The notes under the pieces were generated by a model. That model searched no databases and was not told the origin of the DNA. It saw only the letters and a list, made by a program, of their open reading frames with translations. From NCBI GenBank assembly GCA_964548275.1, contig CAZJQI010000008.1:14286-78285 (forward strand): a DNA stretch of 64,000 nt, written 5' to 3'. Origin of the DNA: an uncultured Gemmatimonadales bacterium. GTDB taxonomy: Bacteria; Gemmatimonadota; Glassbacteria; GWA2-58-10. Shown one piece after another: positions 1 to 9,113 of this stretch (positions within the stretch are counted from its first letter, which is position 1; every line of letters begins with the position of its first letter). A program made the translations under genes and the position numbers.

Positions 1-659
1 TGCCCCTTGCGCAGGGAGGTCGCCCCGGTGAAAGAGCCTTTCTCGTGCCCGAAAAGTTCGCTTTCCAGCACGCCCTCGGCAATCGCCGCGCAGTTTACTG
101 CAATAAAGGGTTTGTGGCGCCTGGCGCTCAGGCGGTGTATCGCCTGGGCCACCAGTTCCTTGCCTGTGCCGCTTTCTCCGAAAATCAATACTGTAGAGTT
201 TACCTGAGAATACTGGGCGATCCTTTCTATCCCCTCGCGCATCGCCGGAGTTTTGCCGATTATCCCGATACTGCCGATCAGCCTGTTGCGCTCAAGCAGG
301 CGGCTTACCGCCTCGGCTATTTCCTCCCCGTCCACAGGCTTTTCGAATACCTCATCCACACCCAGGGAGTCGAAATAGCTCAGGTTCTCCGGCTCAGTGG
401 GCTCGACCAGACAGATCACCCCCATAGTTGTCGGAGCGTGTTTGATTCCCTCCAGGAAACGAAGGGTGCTCTGCTCGTGGATCCCTCCGGTGATAATCAC
501 CAGGATAACGATTTCACCGGCAGCCGGTATGCTGTCGATCCGGGGCAGGCGGCTTATTTTTTTAACCTGTATGCCCTGCGAACCCAGTACCCCGATCACG
601 CGCGAGGCCGCCTCGGTATCGTTATCTGTAACAAGAATTCTGTAATCTGATACATCCAT
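1..659 (-). CDS. Sigma-54-dependent response regulator (NtrC/Fis family), partial; C-terminus lies beyond the window start
   Basis: Minus-strand translation from ATG at 659 gives a receiver domain ([14 protein letters not shown]...) followed by an AAA+ sigma-54 activator core ([19 protein letters not shown] ... [15 protein letters not shown]). The +strand ORF 45..650 in the track is its antisense artefact. Confidence 0.8.
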   Translation of the reverse strand, partial: MDVSDYRILVTDNDTEAASRVIGVLGSQGIQVKKISRLPRIDSIPAAGEIVILVIITGGIHEQSTLRFLEGIKHAPTTMGVICLVEPTEPENLSYFDSLGVDEVFEKPVDGEEIAEAVSRLLERNRLIGSIGIIGKTPAMREGIERIAQYSQVNSTVLIFGESGTGKELVAQAIHRLSARRHKPFIAVNCAAIAEGVLESELFGHEKGSFTGATSLRKG

Positions 660-1269
660 TTGATAATTCACTCTAAGCAAATATGATAGTTCTGACAAAA
701 TGGCAGATATTTAATTTACTTTGTAATCCTTGAATTGTCAATAGATCAATGCGTTGCAAAACCGTACTGTCATTATGAGTTAGTCGTCATGAGCCGCTGG
801 CTTACCCGGGAACAATAAAAATGTTTCATGTAGGGACACGGCGTGCCGTGTCCTGCAGTGGTTTTTACCGAAACCATGGAATAACGCTCCTTTGGTCCAT
901 TATTTTCGGAGCAGAATAACGTTGGAATTTCAAAAAGGGAATGAAAGCGACAGCTTTTGAAAATCTACTTGAATCATGGCTCGGTTGCATTTCGTTTGCA
1001 TTCTCATTGATTAACCAGTTAAATGTGATAAATTCTTATTCGAATGCAAATTTTCGGACTCAAACTTGGCATAACAAGTCCCCGGATTATCTTGGATTGA
1101 AAACCGCAGGCAGAACTTTAGCCACTCGTACTTCCATAAATGATATAATGTAATCTATAAATATTAAATAAGATAAATCTATAACTTAAAGTACCGGTTT
1201 AAAACTTCGAATCCAATATAGAATGGGAATATTATCCAAAATCCAGTGAAAAATAATAAGGAGGTCTGG

Positions 1270-2991
1270 ATGAGATATTTATCGGGTTTAGCCGTGTTTC
1301 TGGCTGTGGCAGTTTTAATTGATTCACTGCCGGCAGGCGATATTCACACCGGCAGCCAGCCCAGGATCGGCTACGAATACTGGATTCCTGCTTCTGAGAC
1401 TGATTCTGCGGGACAGCACGGGATTCATTTCAAGAAATTTATCAACGGTTCGGCGTACATGCCGAGATTCCCGTTCAGATTCCAGCGCTGGGACGAGCCT
1501 CAGCTCGGGGAACTGAAAAGACGGCTCGGTCTCGAAAAACTGATCAAAGATGCTTCCACTGAGTTTGAAATCGCTACCAGGATCGCGCACAAGGTCTGCA
1601 ATCTCTGGGCCCATTCTGCCCCGGTTGAATACCCGAGCTGGAACGCCCTGAAAATTCTGGATGAAGTTGGCCAGGGAGAGCAGTACTGGTGTACGTATAA
1701 GCAGCTTCTAACCATGCAGTGCCTCGCCTCGCTCGGCATTCACAGCCGGATTGTCCCCTGCCACTGGCACCATTCTCTGGAGTTCTGGTCCAACGATTTT
1801 CGCAAATGGGTTGTAATGGATGCCTGGACAGCGAATTATTACCGCAAGGACGGTATTCCCCTGGGCTCACTTGAACTTCACCGCTTAAGCCGTGAAACCG
1901 GCGGTGTGGAAGGTACAGGAGTATGGGAGATAAATATAAATCCCAACCGCTGGAAACCTGAACGCACACAGGACAGTGTGCTTGCCACCACTGACTGTTA
2001 CCAGCACGTGCGCTTCATCCCGCGCAACGATTTTCTTTCAGCGCCCCTGGAACCAAAGCCCGTGGGTGCGCCCGGAGATTATCTGAAACCCAATAACCAG
2101 TTAAATGATGTGATCCAGACCGCTCTGATTCATATCGCCTGGTGGCAGCCGGGTGATGCGCCAACAATTGTATGCCCCATGGTAAGATACGAACAGGATT
2201 ACAATTTTCCGCTCAACGAGGTCGAGATAACTTTCTCCAGGCCGGCCACGCAGGAGGGTGTCCTTGACCTGAGCTTCCAAACCCACACGCCGGAGTTCGA
2301 CAGTTATTTCAGGAAACTGGACGATGGTGACTGGGAGACGTGCGGGAGCCGCTTTCTCTGGGAACTGGAGCCCGGCACGAACAGCCTGAAAGTGAAATCG
2401 CGTAGCAGGTGGGGCAGATTCGGCTCGCCCAGTGAAGTGGTTCTGGAATACAGGCCGGAGGAACTTCGAGCGCCGGTTGTCGAAAGGCTCGAAATACCAG
2501 ATCCGGGGTTTGAAAAGATCGGTGGCAATACGAAAAGCGGGGACGGCCAGCCCACCGGCACCTGGAAAATGATCTACACTGACCGGTACCAGGAACCCGC
2601 TTTTTACGGCCCGGTGAACGAGAATCCCCATTCCGGCAAATACTGTTTCAAGATAGAACTCCGCAATCCACCGATCTATGCCAGGCTGCAAAGCGGAAGG
2701 TTTCGGGTCAATCCTGCCTCGGATGTCACTTTCACAGTCTGGCTCCGCGCTGACAAAGAAGCACGGGAGGTTACACTCTCAGTAAGCGATGTTACACGCG
2801 GGGGGCCTGGGAGTCAGGCAAAAGTCCACCACCGGGCGAGGGTGGGTACAAAGTGGAAACAGTACGAGCTAAAGGCCCGCCTTACTGCCCGGACAACCGA
2901 AGCTGCGGTAGGGGTGCAACTCATGAAAGGCGTCTTGTGGATGGATGATTTCTCGATCACCGAACACAGCAGAGCAGAGATTCCCTGGTAA
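1270..2991 (+). CDS. Secreted transglutaminase-like domain protein
   Basis: SD AAGGAGG 8 nt upstream of ATG 1270. N-terminal signal peptide MRYLSGLAVFLAVAVL. Cys-His-Asp arrangement typical of the transglutaminase-like core (WCTYKQLLTMQC ... HWHHSLEFW ... VVMDAW). Confidence 0.55.
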   Translation: MRYLSGLAVFLAVAVLIDSLPAGDIHTGSQPRIGYEYWIPASETDSAGQHGIHFKKFINGSAYMPRFPFRFQRWDEPQLGELKRRLGLEKLIKDASTEFEIATRIAHKVCNLWAHSAPVEYPSWNALKILDEVGQGEQYWCTYKQLLTMQCLASLGIHSRIVPCHWHHSLEFWSNDFRKWVVMDAWTANYYRKDGIPLGSLELHRLSRETGGVEGTGVWEININPNRWKPERTQDSVLATTDCYQHVRFIPRNDFLSAPLEPKPVGAPGDYLKPNNQLNDVIQTALIHIAWWQPGDAPTIVCPMVRYEQDYNFPLNEVEITFSRPATQEGVLDLSFQTHTPEFDSYFRKLDDGDWETCGSRFLWELEPGTNSLKVKSRSRWGRFGSPSEVVLEYRPEELRAPVVERLEIPDPGFEKIGGNTKSGDGQPTGTWKMIYTDRYQEPAFYGPVNENPHSGKYCFKIELRNPPIYARLQSGRFRVNPASDVTFTVWLRADKEAREVTLSVSDVTRGGPGSQAKVHHRARVGTKWKQYELKARLTARTTEAAVGVQLMKGVLWMDDFSITEHSRAEIPW

Positions 2992-3045
2992 GACGGCCAC
3001 CTCCGATTTGGGACGGATAACGCTTTGTCCTTGTATTGACAGTAG

Positions 3046-3074
3046 CTACCTGTCAGGGTATCTTTTGATTAATA
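3046..3074 (+). promoter_or_regulatory. Possible sigma-70-type promoter (TTGACA-N17-TATCTT) upstream of the ylbF-like gene
   Basis: TTGACA at 3046-3051, 17 nt spacer, TATCTT at 3069-3074. The same stretch overlaps a small hairpin (GACAG...CTGTC), so the assignment is tentative. Confidence 0.3.
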
Positions 3075-3193
3075 AAATGGTTAAAAGATTACATTGAAGT
3101 GGTCGGAGGTCCGTGCCCCTTTGCATTTTGATAAGAGATTTACCCTGAGAGATAAACTGCGATTAGCTTTTCTACCCTAATCCGGAGAGAGTA

Positions 3194-3550
3194 ATGGATT
3201 TAGAAAGTGCAGCAAAAGGACTGGGCAAGCTTATTGTGCAGACCCCGGAATACAAATATTACAATCAGGCTGCCAAGGACGTGGAGGGGGACAATGAATT
3301 GAGTGAATTGATGAAAAATTTGAAAGAACTTGAACAAAAAGTGCTGGAGGCCCAGAAAGAGGGGAAAAAAATCAGCGAGGAACTCAAGGCCGAGTACAAC
3401 AGTTTCCTGGAGAAGGTTCAGGGAAAAACGAAAATCCAGTCGCTCATCGCCACCCAGGAAAATTACCTCAAGCTGATGAGCAAGGTGAATGAAATGATTG
3501 CGGAGGGGATTCGCGAGGGTGCACAAAGCCGGATCATAACCGATTTTTGA
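3194..3550 (+). CDS. YlbF/YmcA family regulatory protein (UPF0342)
   Basis: 118 aa helical protein. N-terminus (LGKLIVQTPEYKYYNQAAKDVEGDNELSELMKNLKEL) matches the YlbF/YheA pattern. Confidence 0.55.
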   Translation: MDLESAAKGLGKLIVQTPEYKYYNQAAKDVEGDNELSELMKNLKELEQKVLEAQKEGKKISEELKAEYNSFLEKVQGKTKIQSLIATQENYLKLMSKVNEMIAEGIREGAQSRIITDF

Positions 3551-3558
3551 GCTGGAAG

Positions 3559-4452
3559 ATGAAAGAATCGCTCGCCACACCGGGCAGTCTCTATGTTGTC
3601 GCCACGCCGCTCGGCAACCTGGATGACATTACCCACCGGGCCGTGGAATTTCTTAAAAAAGTACCGGTAATTGCCTGCGAGAATACCCGCCACAGCGGCA
3701 AATTGCTCTCCCGCTACAGTATAAAGGCCCGCCTGATCAGCTATCACGAGCACAACGAACAGACAGCGGCAGGCCAGGTTGTTTCTTTGCTGCAGTCAGG
3801 GTTTGATGTCGCTCTTATTTCCGATGCCGGAACGCCGGGTATTTCAGACCCTGGCTACCGGGTGGTGAAACTGGCCCTGGAGCAGGGTCTGGATGTGGTT
3901 CCGTTGCCCGGCCCTTCCGCCCTGACAACCGCGCTGAGCGTCTCAGGCCTGCCCACGGACAGTTTCTATTTTGCCGGGTGGGTCCCTTCCCGTGAAAAAG
4001 AACTCGAGAAAACTCTCGCAAAACTCTCCTCACTCAAGGCTACGCTGATTTTTTACTGTCCGGCCCGGAAAATAAAAAACGTTGTTGTCAAGTTCCGGCA
4101 GGTTCTCGGCAACCGTCGGGCTGTGGTCTGCCGCGAGCTTACCAAGATTCACGAGGAAATCCTCCGCGGTTCCCTTTCGGAGCTGGAAAAAACTCTCGCA
4201 GATAGAGATTCGGTCAAAGGCGAGATAGTGCTGATCGTGGAGGGTAACAGGGCAAAAGAGATTGAGCCTGGCGAGGATCTGGCAGCTCGTCTGGCAGAAT
4301 TGCTCGATAGCCTGGATAATGTCGGTTCAATGGGCGCTAAAAGGCTTACCACGCTTGCCGCCGAAAGACTTGGCAGTCCGAGGAACAGGGTTTACCCGCT
4401 GGTCTGTGCCTACTTGAACAGGCTAAAAGAGGGACAAGTAAGCAAAGATTGA
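3559..4452 (+). CDS. rsmI: 16S rRNA (cytidine1402-2'-O)-methyltransferase RsmI
   Basis: Signature GSLYVVATPLGNLDDIT and tetrapyrrole-methylase fold motifs. The ATG at 3559 is preferred over the TTG at 3547, which overlaps the ylbF stop. Confidence 0.85.
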   Translation: MKESLATPGSLYVVATPLGNLDDITHRAVEFLKKVPVIACENTRHSGKLLSRYSIKARLISYHEHNEQTAAGQVVSLLQSGFDVALISDAGTPGISDPGYRVVKLALEQGLDVVPLPGPSALTTALSVSGLPTDSFYFAGWVPSREKELEKTLAKLSSLKATLIFYCPARKIKNVVVKFRQVLGNRRAVVCRELTKIHEEILRGSLSELEKTLADRDSVKGEIVLIVEGNRAKEIEPGEDLAARLAELLDSLDNVGSMGAKRLTTLAAERLGSPRNRVYPLVCAYLNRLKEGQVSKD

Positions 4453-4462
4453 AAGAACCAGC

Positions 4463-5740
4463 CTAGTGGGGGCTCTGCAGGGCAATTATACCGGGCTTGT
4501 CGGGATGCTGAACTTGCCAGATTATTTCTCCTCCGGGGGCAAGCTTGGTTATCAGGCCTGATTCCGAACTTACATAGACCGTATTGTCGTGATTGCTGTA
4601 TGCCAGGCTCCAGGGCCTGCCAAGTCCGGAAATCCGTGCGGTAAAAGCGCCGCTCCTGTCGATTTCATAAACCATGTCACTGCCGTAATCCGCCACCCAG
4701 CAAATATCTCCTGTGGTATTAACAGTCAGGGAGGTCGGATCGCTGAATGTACTCGTTTTTGACACCATATCCTCATCATCGAACAGGAACACTTTCCTGG
4801 AGCCGGTATCGAGAATCCATGCTTCCGTGCCCTGCTCACCGAGCACCACGCCCTCTGGGGTGACAAATTCCGAGTGGGAGTAATGAACAATCTTTCCCTC
4901 ATTCATCTTGACTCTGGCCACCATAGGCTCTGAAGAGCCAACCCAGACATCCCCTCTCACATTATCCACTGTAATCGAGGTTACAGGCAAATTAGTGGAT
5001 TGGGAAAAAAGCAGCTCGCCGCTTCCTATCTGGAAGTGGTAAAGTAAGCCGCTATCACCCTTTATGGCAATCCAGACCGTACGGCCCCTTCTGCTGAACT
5101 CGAACGCGGCCACAGAGCTAAGGGTCGCACCCTCACCGATAGGTTCTCCACTGAACGTATAGCGGTAAATTTCATGGGAAGCCCTGTCGAGAATCCAGAG
5201 CTCCTGGTTCGCAGGATCGATCTGGATATCCTGGATGTTGAAAAATGTTGCGTCAAGTCTTCGGATCTCGTCCTTGAAATCAGGTGTCATGAGAATTATC
5301 TCGCCGTAATCGAACAGCTCCATCCATCCGAATATCTCTCCGGGAGTGGCGATATCCGGCAATGTCTTGGGCTTTTCGGTATTGCCTTTGAGCACGAACT
5401 GAAGATTGTAGCTGTAGGACACGCCGTTTGTCGCAGTGTTGTCCAGAAAAAAAGTCGTTCCAGGAGAGAGTATACTGTCGTTAAGCACCACAGTATCAGG
5501 TAAATCGGAGGAAAATCTCTGCACCCGGATACCCTCAAGATCGTCGAAATCAAGAGGATCCCAGAGGAGAAAAACCTGTCCGTTGCCAGCAAGCGCGTTA
5601 AAGCCCAAATTTGTCTGATAGCGATCCGGATTGCACGGATCGATTGGGTTGGACCGCGACCGGTCCGAGCAGCCCAGGCCTGACAGAAAGATTAATAGGA
5701 TTGGAATCGATAACTTGAGCAGCGCGGGTATCTTTTTCAA
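4463..5740 (-). CDS. Lipoprotein with predicted beta-propeller (NHL/YVTN-like) repeats, function unknown
   Basis: Signal peptide with Cys (LLIFLSGLGCSDRS). Repeated beta-strand-rich segments with WxxD/GxxY patterns. Confidence 0.45.
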   Translation of the reverse strand: MKKIPALLKLSIPILLIFLSGLGCSDRSRSNPIDPCNPDRYQTNLGFNALAGNGQVFLLWDPLDFDDLEGIRVQRFSSDLPDTVVLNDSILSPGTTFFLDNTATNGVSYSYNLQFVLKGNTEKPKTLPDIATPGEIFGWMELFDYGEIILMTPDFKDEIRRLDATFFNIQDIQIDPANQELWILDRASHEIYRYTFSGEPIGEGATLSSVAAFEFSRRGRTVWIAIKGDSGLLYHFQIGSGELLFSQSTNLPVTSITVDNVRGDVWVGSSEPMVARVKMNEGKIVHYSHSEFVTPEGVVLGEQGTEAWILDTGSRKVFLFDDEDMVSKTSTFSDPTSLTVNTTGDICWVADYGSDMVYEIDRSGAFTARISGLGRPWSLAYSNHDNTVYVSSESGLITKLAPGGEIIWQVQHPDKPGIIALQSPH

Positions 5741-5769
5741 AACCGCAATCCTCCGGATAAAGCCAAAGG

Positions 5770-6687
5770 CTAGAATTTAAGGGCCAGCCCGGCCTTGTGC
5801 GGTAAAATTTTAACCGAAAGCCTGGAGGGTTTGTCCCCCTGAGCTTGTTTTTCGGCAGGGAACACGAAACGGCGGATCAACATGTAGCCGAATACACCAA
5901 GGGCAAGGTCGCCGGCAATAAAAGTCGCTTTAGATATCCTGTCATTGCGGCGCACCTTTGAATAAGCCTCCTCCCGGGCATTTGTGCCGAGCATTCGCAG
6001 GTATTGATCGTAATACTTATCAGCCTGTTGATTGAAATGAGCGCCGATGGCAAGCAGTATCACTCCACTCCCCAGGCTGGCCATCAGGTCCGGTGAAATC
6101 AGCTTCCTTAGCGGAGAACTGTAAGGGTAAGTGGCTAGATCATCCTCGACGAACCCGTCCACACTTACTGGCTCCAGGCTGTAAAACAACTCTGTACCGT
6201 AATCGTGAAGCCTGTCCAGATGGAGGGCCTTGTCCTGATATCCTTCCATTCTGACCACGACTGAGTCCCCTGTCCCGAGCAGAAAGTAAAAATCCCCCGG
6301 AGTCCTGCCGAGAAACCGTCCCCGGAAGTAAAGTTCTGCTGAATGGGGGTCGGTGCGGATTGTGAATATATCGCTCCTGGTCAGATCAATCGTTCTCTTG
6401 CCTGCCGAACCGATTGTGAAAGGATAGATCAGGTAGCGGTGGGCCCAGTAACTGGCAGTATGGTAAGGGAAGAATTTCAATACATGCTCGCCAGGGGAGA
6501 TCTCGATTTCAGTTGTGGCGTTCAATTCGAGAGTATCGCTGTCGAGCACAATCTTGCCCTGATCCGGGATAATGGTCAGCCATGCGGCTTCTTCACTGGC
6601 ACAAAGATTTACCCGGATTGCAAAAAGCAGGAAAATTGTCAAACCGGTCAGGCGGACCGGAAATCTGCTATTTTGCGTGGAATGCAT
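5770..6687 (-). CDS. Hypothetical secreted protein
   Basis: Long ORF with N-terminal hydrophobic segment (LTGLTIFLLFAIRVNLCAS). Start is uncertain; an internal Met is chosen to limit overlap with the upstream gene. Confidence 0.4.
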   Translation of the reverse strand: MHSTQNSRFPVRLTGLTIFLLFAIRVNLCASEEAAWLTIIPDQGKIVLDSDTLELNATTEIEISPGEHVLKFFPYHTASYWAHRYLIYPFTIGSAGKRTIDLTRSDIFTIRTDPHSAELYFRGRFLGRTPGDFYFLLGTGDSVVVRMEGYQDKALHLDRLHDYGTELFYSLEPVSVDGFVEDDLATYPYSSPLRKLISPDLMASLGSGVILLAIGAHFNQQADKYYDQYLRMLGTNAREEAYSKVRRNDRISKATFIAGDLALGVFGYMLIRRFVFPAEKQAQGDKPSRLSVKILPHKAGLALKF

Positions 6688-7852
6688 ATACCGTGCCCCT
6701 GTCAGAACAGTAATAAACATAATCTTTATATATAAGTGGAGAAGCACTCAGGCCCTCCTCGATTTTCCGGGACCAGAGTCGTTCGCCGCTGGCGATATCA
6801 AAAGCTGCCAGATCGCCGCTTTTCGTGCCGGTAAAGGCGTAATCACCGGTAACGCTCGGCGGCGCCACCGCGATACCGTTCAACCTCGCTTTCCATATCT
6901 GCGAACCGTCCTCTGCGGCAAGCTTGACCAGCCAGCCGTCCCTGGTACAAACGTAAAGGGCTCCATTGGAATAAACCGGGCCCGAGAAAACAGAATGCCC
7001 GATATTTACCTCCCACTCCTTTTTCAGGCTGTCCGGCTCAAAACAGATAACTTTTCCGCTGGCCAGGGCGCAGAAAAGGAAATAGCCGTCGCTGCTCAAA
7101 TCCCCGAAAAGATGCCTGCCGAGGTCAAGGCTGCCCGAACGGACCCCGTTGGAAGAGTCCAGCTTGTAGATATTTCCTTCCAGAGTGGGAACGTAAAGGA
7201 ACGGGTCAATGTAAACAGGAGCATACTCTATTTTCCCTTTGAGCTGAGTTTCCCAGTTGCGGAAACCGACCTCAGGGTTGAGGCAGAGCACTTTGCCGAA
7301 CTGGTTGAAAAGGAAGAGTCTGCCCTGTTCGAGAATCGGTGAGGAAACAGCCGGGCCGATTTTGCGCTCGATGTGTTTCTTCTTTGTATTGATCTCCGTA
7401 CAGTACACCTTGCCGTCCGGGGACCGGGTGTTAAAAAACATCCGCACGCCCTGGATCAATACAGAACCGCCGAATCCCCCTTTGAAAGTGCGGCGTTCCA
7501 CTCTCTCGCCGCTGTCCCGGTTGAGGATAACAATCCGCCGGTCCTTGGTGGTTACGAAAATATATTCATCAGCAGCACTGGGAGTTGCCCCGATCGAGCG
7601 GCCGACCCTGTTTTTCCAGGCCAGTTCCAGCGGCAGCCTGACCAGTGGCTTCACCGAGGCGGTTCTGCCATAGTCAGCCTTATCAACAGTCCAGCGGGCG
7701 TCAAGATCAGTAAAAAAGAGGGTCTTGCCTTTTCTGGCGTAAATGTCTCCTTCCGGGAATGAAATCAACAGGGCGAGCAAGACAGGGGATATTTTGAGGC
7801 AAAGCATTCCAGAATTATTTCTTATGGTTTTCATTTTATTTAAGCCCATCAC
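6668..7852 (-). CDS. PQQ-like beta-propeller repeat protein (BamB-like fold), secreted
   Basis: Repeated motifs (YVYYCSDRGTVYAFHAKDG, ALYVCTRDGWLVKLAAEDGSQIWK, GERLW) typical of PQQ-enzyme-repeat propellers. Signal peptide present; start codon choice is uncertain. Confidence 0.6.
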   Translation of the reverse strand: MMGLNKMKTIRNNSGMLCLKISPVLLALLISFPEGDIYARKGKTLFFTDLDARWTVDKADYGRTASVKPLVRLPLELAWKNRVGRSIGATPSAADEYIFVTTKDRRIVILNRDSGERVERRTFKGGFGGSVLIQGVRMFFNTRSPDGKVYCTEINTKKKHIERKIGPAVSSPILEQGRLFLFNQFGKVLCLNPEVGFRNWETQLKGKIEYAPVYIDPFLYVPTLEGNIYKLDSSNGVRSGSLDLGRHLFGDLSSDGYFLFCALASGKVICFEPDSLKKEWEVNIGHSVFSGPVYSNGALYVCTRDGWLVKLAAEDGSQIWKARLNGIAVAPPSVTGDYAFTGTKSGDLAAFDIASGERLWSRKIEEGLSASPLIYKDYVYYCSDRGTVYAFHAK

Positions 7853-8136
7853 AAAGCCGATAGTCTCTGATTCGAGGTATCTAATTTAGTTTCAATTCGT
7901 TTCAAAATCAAATCAGATGTTGACCCTTATCCCGGCAGGTCTTAAATTAAATTTCAAAGTCTGTTTCGAATTAATTCTTTCGAAACGACCCGTTAATGAA
8001 TATCTACCTATGCGGAGAAGAATTGTTCCGTTTGGTTGGCCGGAAATTTTTCAAAATTTACGGTTGCTGATAAGGAATTTTTCTTTTCCTTGGCGCGCCC
8101 CTTTCTGGTGTAAGTTTTAATTTACGTTGAGGCGGT

Positions 8137-8610
8137 TTGGGGTTGAATATCACCATTCTGGCAGTCGGAAGAATTCGCGAGAAGCCAATTGCCGCGCTCT
8201 GCATCGAATACGCAGATCGTATTCGCAAGTACGGCCATACTCTTTCGATAGAGGAAATTAAAGACGAGCCTGGGGACAGGCCATCTGACAAAATCCTTGC
8301 CAGAGAGGCCGATAGGCTGCGTTCCCGCATTCCGCAGGACGCATACCCGATAGCAGTGGACATCTCGGGGGAGGCCTGCAGCTCGACTGCCTTTGCCGAA
8401 AGAATCGACGATCTGATGATGCAGGGTACAAACAAGGTAGTCTTCATAATAGGCGGCTCCCTGGGATTGGAGCGGAAGCTCGTTGCAAGCTGCCGCTGGG
8501 TGTTCTCGCTGTCAGAGTTGACTTTCACCCATGAAATGGCGCGCCTGATCCTGCTCGAGCAGCTTTACAGGGCAAACACTATTTTGCGCGGGGAGCCGTA
8601 CCATAAATAG
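8137..8610 (+). CDS. rlmH: 23S rRNA (pseudouridine1915-N3)-methyltransferase RlmH
   Basis: 157 aa SPOUT-fold protein (NITILAVGRIREKP ... KVVFIIGGSLGL ... LLEQLYRANTILRGEPYHK). Alternative start codon. Confidence 0.85.
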   Translation: MGLNITILAVGRIREKPIAALCIEYADRIRKYGHTLSIEEIKDEPGDRPSDKILAREADRLRSRIPQDAYPIAVDISGEACSSTAFAERIDDLMMQGTNKVVFIIGGSLGLERKLVASCRWVFSLSELTFTHEMARLILLEQLYRANTILRGEPYHK

Positions 8611-9034
8611 CCGGGTCAAGGGAATTTACCTCTTTCGCTTTTACCTGCTTGATGAACGGAAAATCCGGATCGGCAGGCTGGGCAGTTTCATTTTTCCCGC
8701 GGGTTATTATATTTACACAGGAAGCGCTTTCGGAGGTCTCGATTCCCGCCTGAGGAGGCATTTCGAGGGACCTCGCAGCGGGCGGCTGCACTGGCATGTG
8801 GATTATCTTTCAATTCAGGCAGAGGACAAATCTTTCGCAGTTGTCCGCAGGGTGGGGGCAACCGAATGCGATCTAAATCTGGCGGTAGGACAGTTGCCCC
8901 ACGCGGTAACTGTTGCACCGGGCTTCGGCTCATCAGACTGCCGCTGCGCCAGCCACCTGTATTACATCGGAAAATCTCTCTGGCCGGAGTACCCTGGGCT
9001 TGAAAGCTGGACTTCCGGTGAGGGAAAATAGCAG
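8603..9034 (+). CDS. DUF123 domain protein (GIY-YIG-like nuclease superfamily), start codon non-canonical or unresolved
   Basis: Frame-2 translation gives VKGIYLFRFYLLDERKIRIGRLGSFIFPAGYYIYTGSAFGGLDSRLRRHFEGPRSGRLHWHVDYL, the hallmark DUF123 N-terminus including the HWH(I/V)DYL motif. No ATG, GTG or TTG occurs in frame between the upstream stop (8546) and GTG 8798, which lies after the conserved motif. ATA 8603 is 6 nt downstream of GGGAG. Confidence 0.5.
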
Positions 9035-9113
9035 GCATGGCTGATATCGGCAGCTATAAAGGCGAACCGTTCCGGCCGGATTCAACCAGGTTTATTTTGA
9101 CCGGTTCAAAGAA

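Noticed and set aside
45-650. 201-aa +strand ORF at the window start
   Set aside because: It is the antisense of a convincing sigma-54 activator (receiver + AAA+ motifs on the minus strand). No homology-like motifs in the + frame.
941-1153. 70-aa ORF in the AT-rich spacer upstream of the transglutaminase-like gene
   Set aside because: No RBS, atypical composition, lies in a probable promoter region. Likely non-coding.
8137-8610. Possible fusion or frameshift between rlmH and the DUF123 ORF
   Set aside because: rlmH ends with a clean TAG in frame 1 and is full-length. DUF123 is in frame 2 and overlaps by only a few nt. Nothing supports a fusion.
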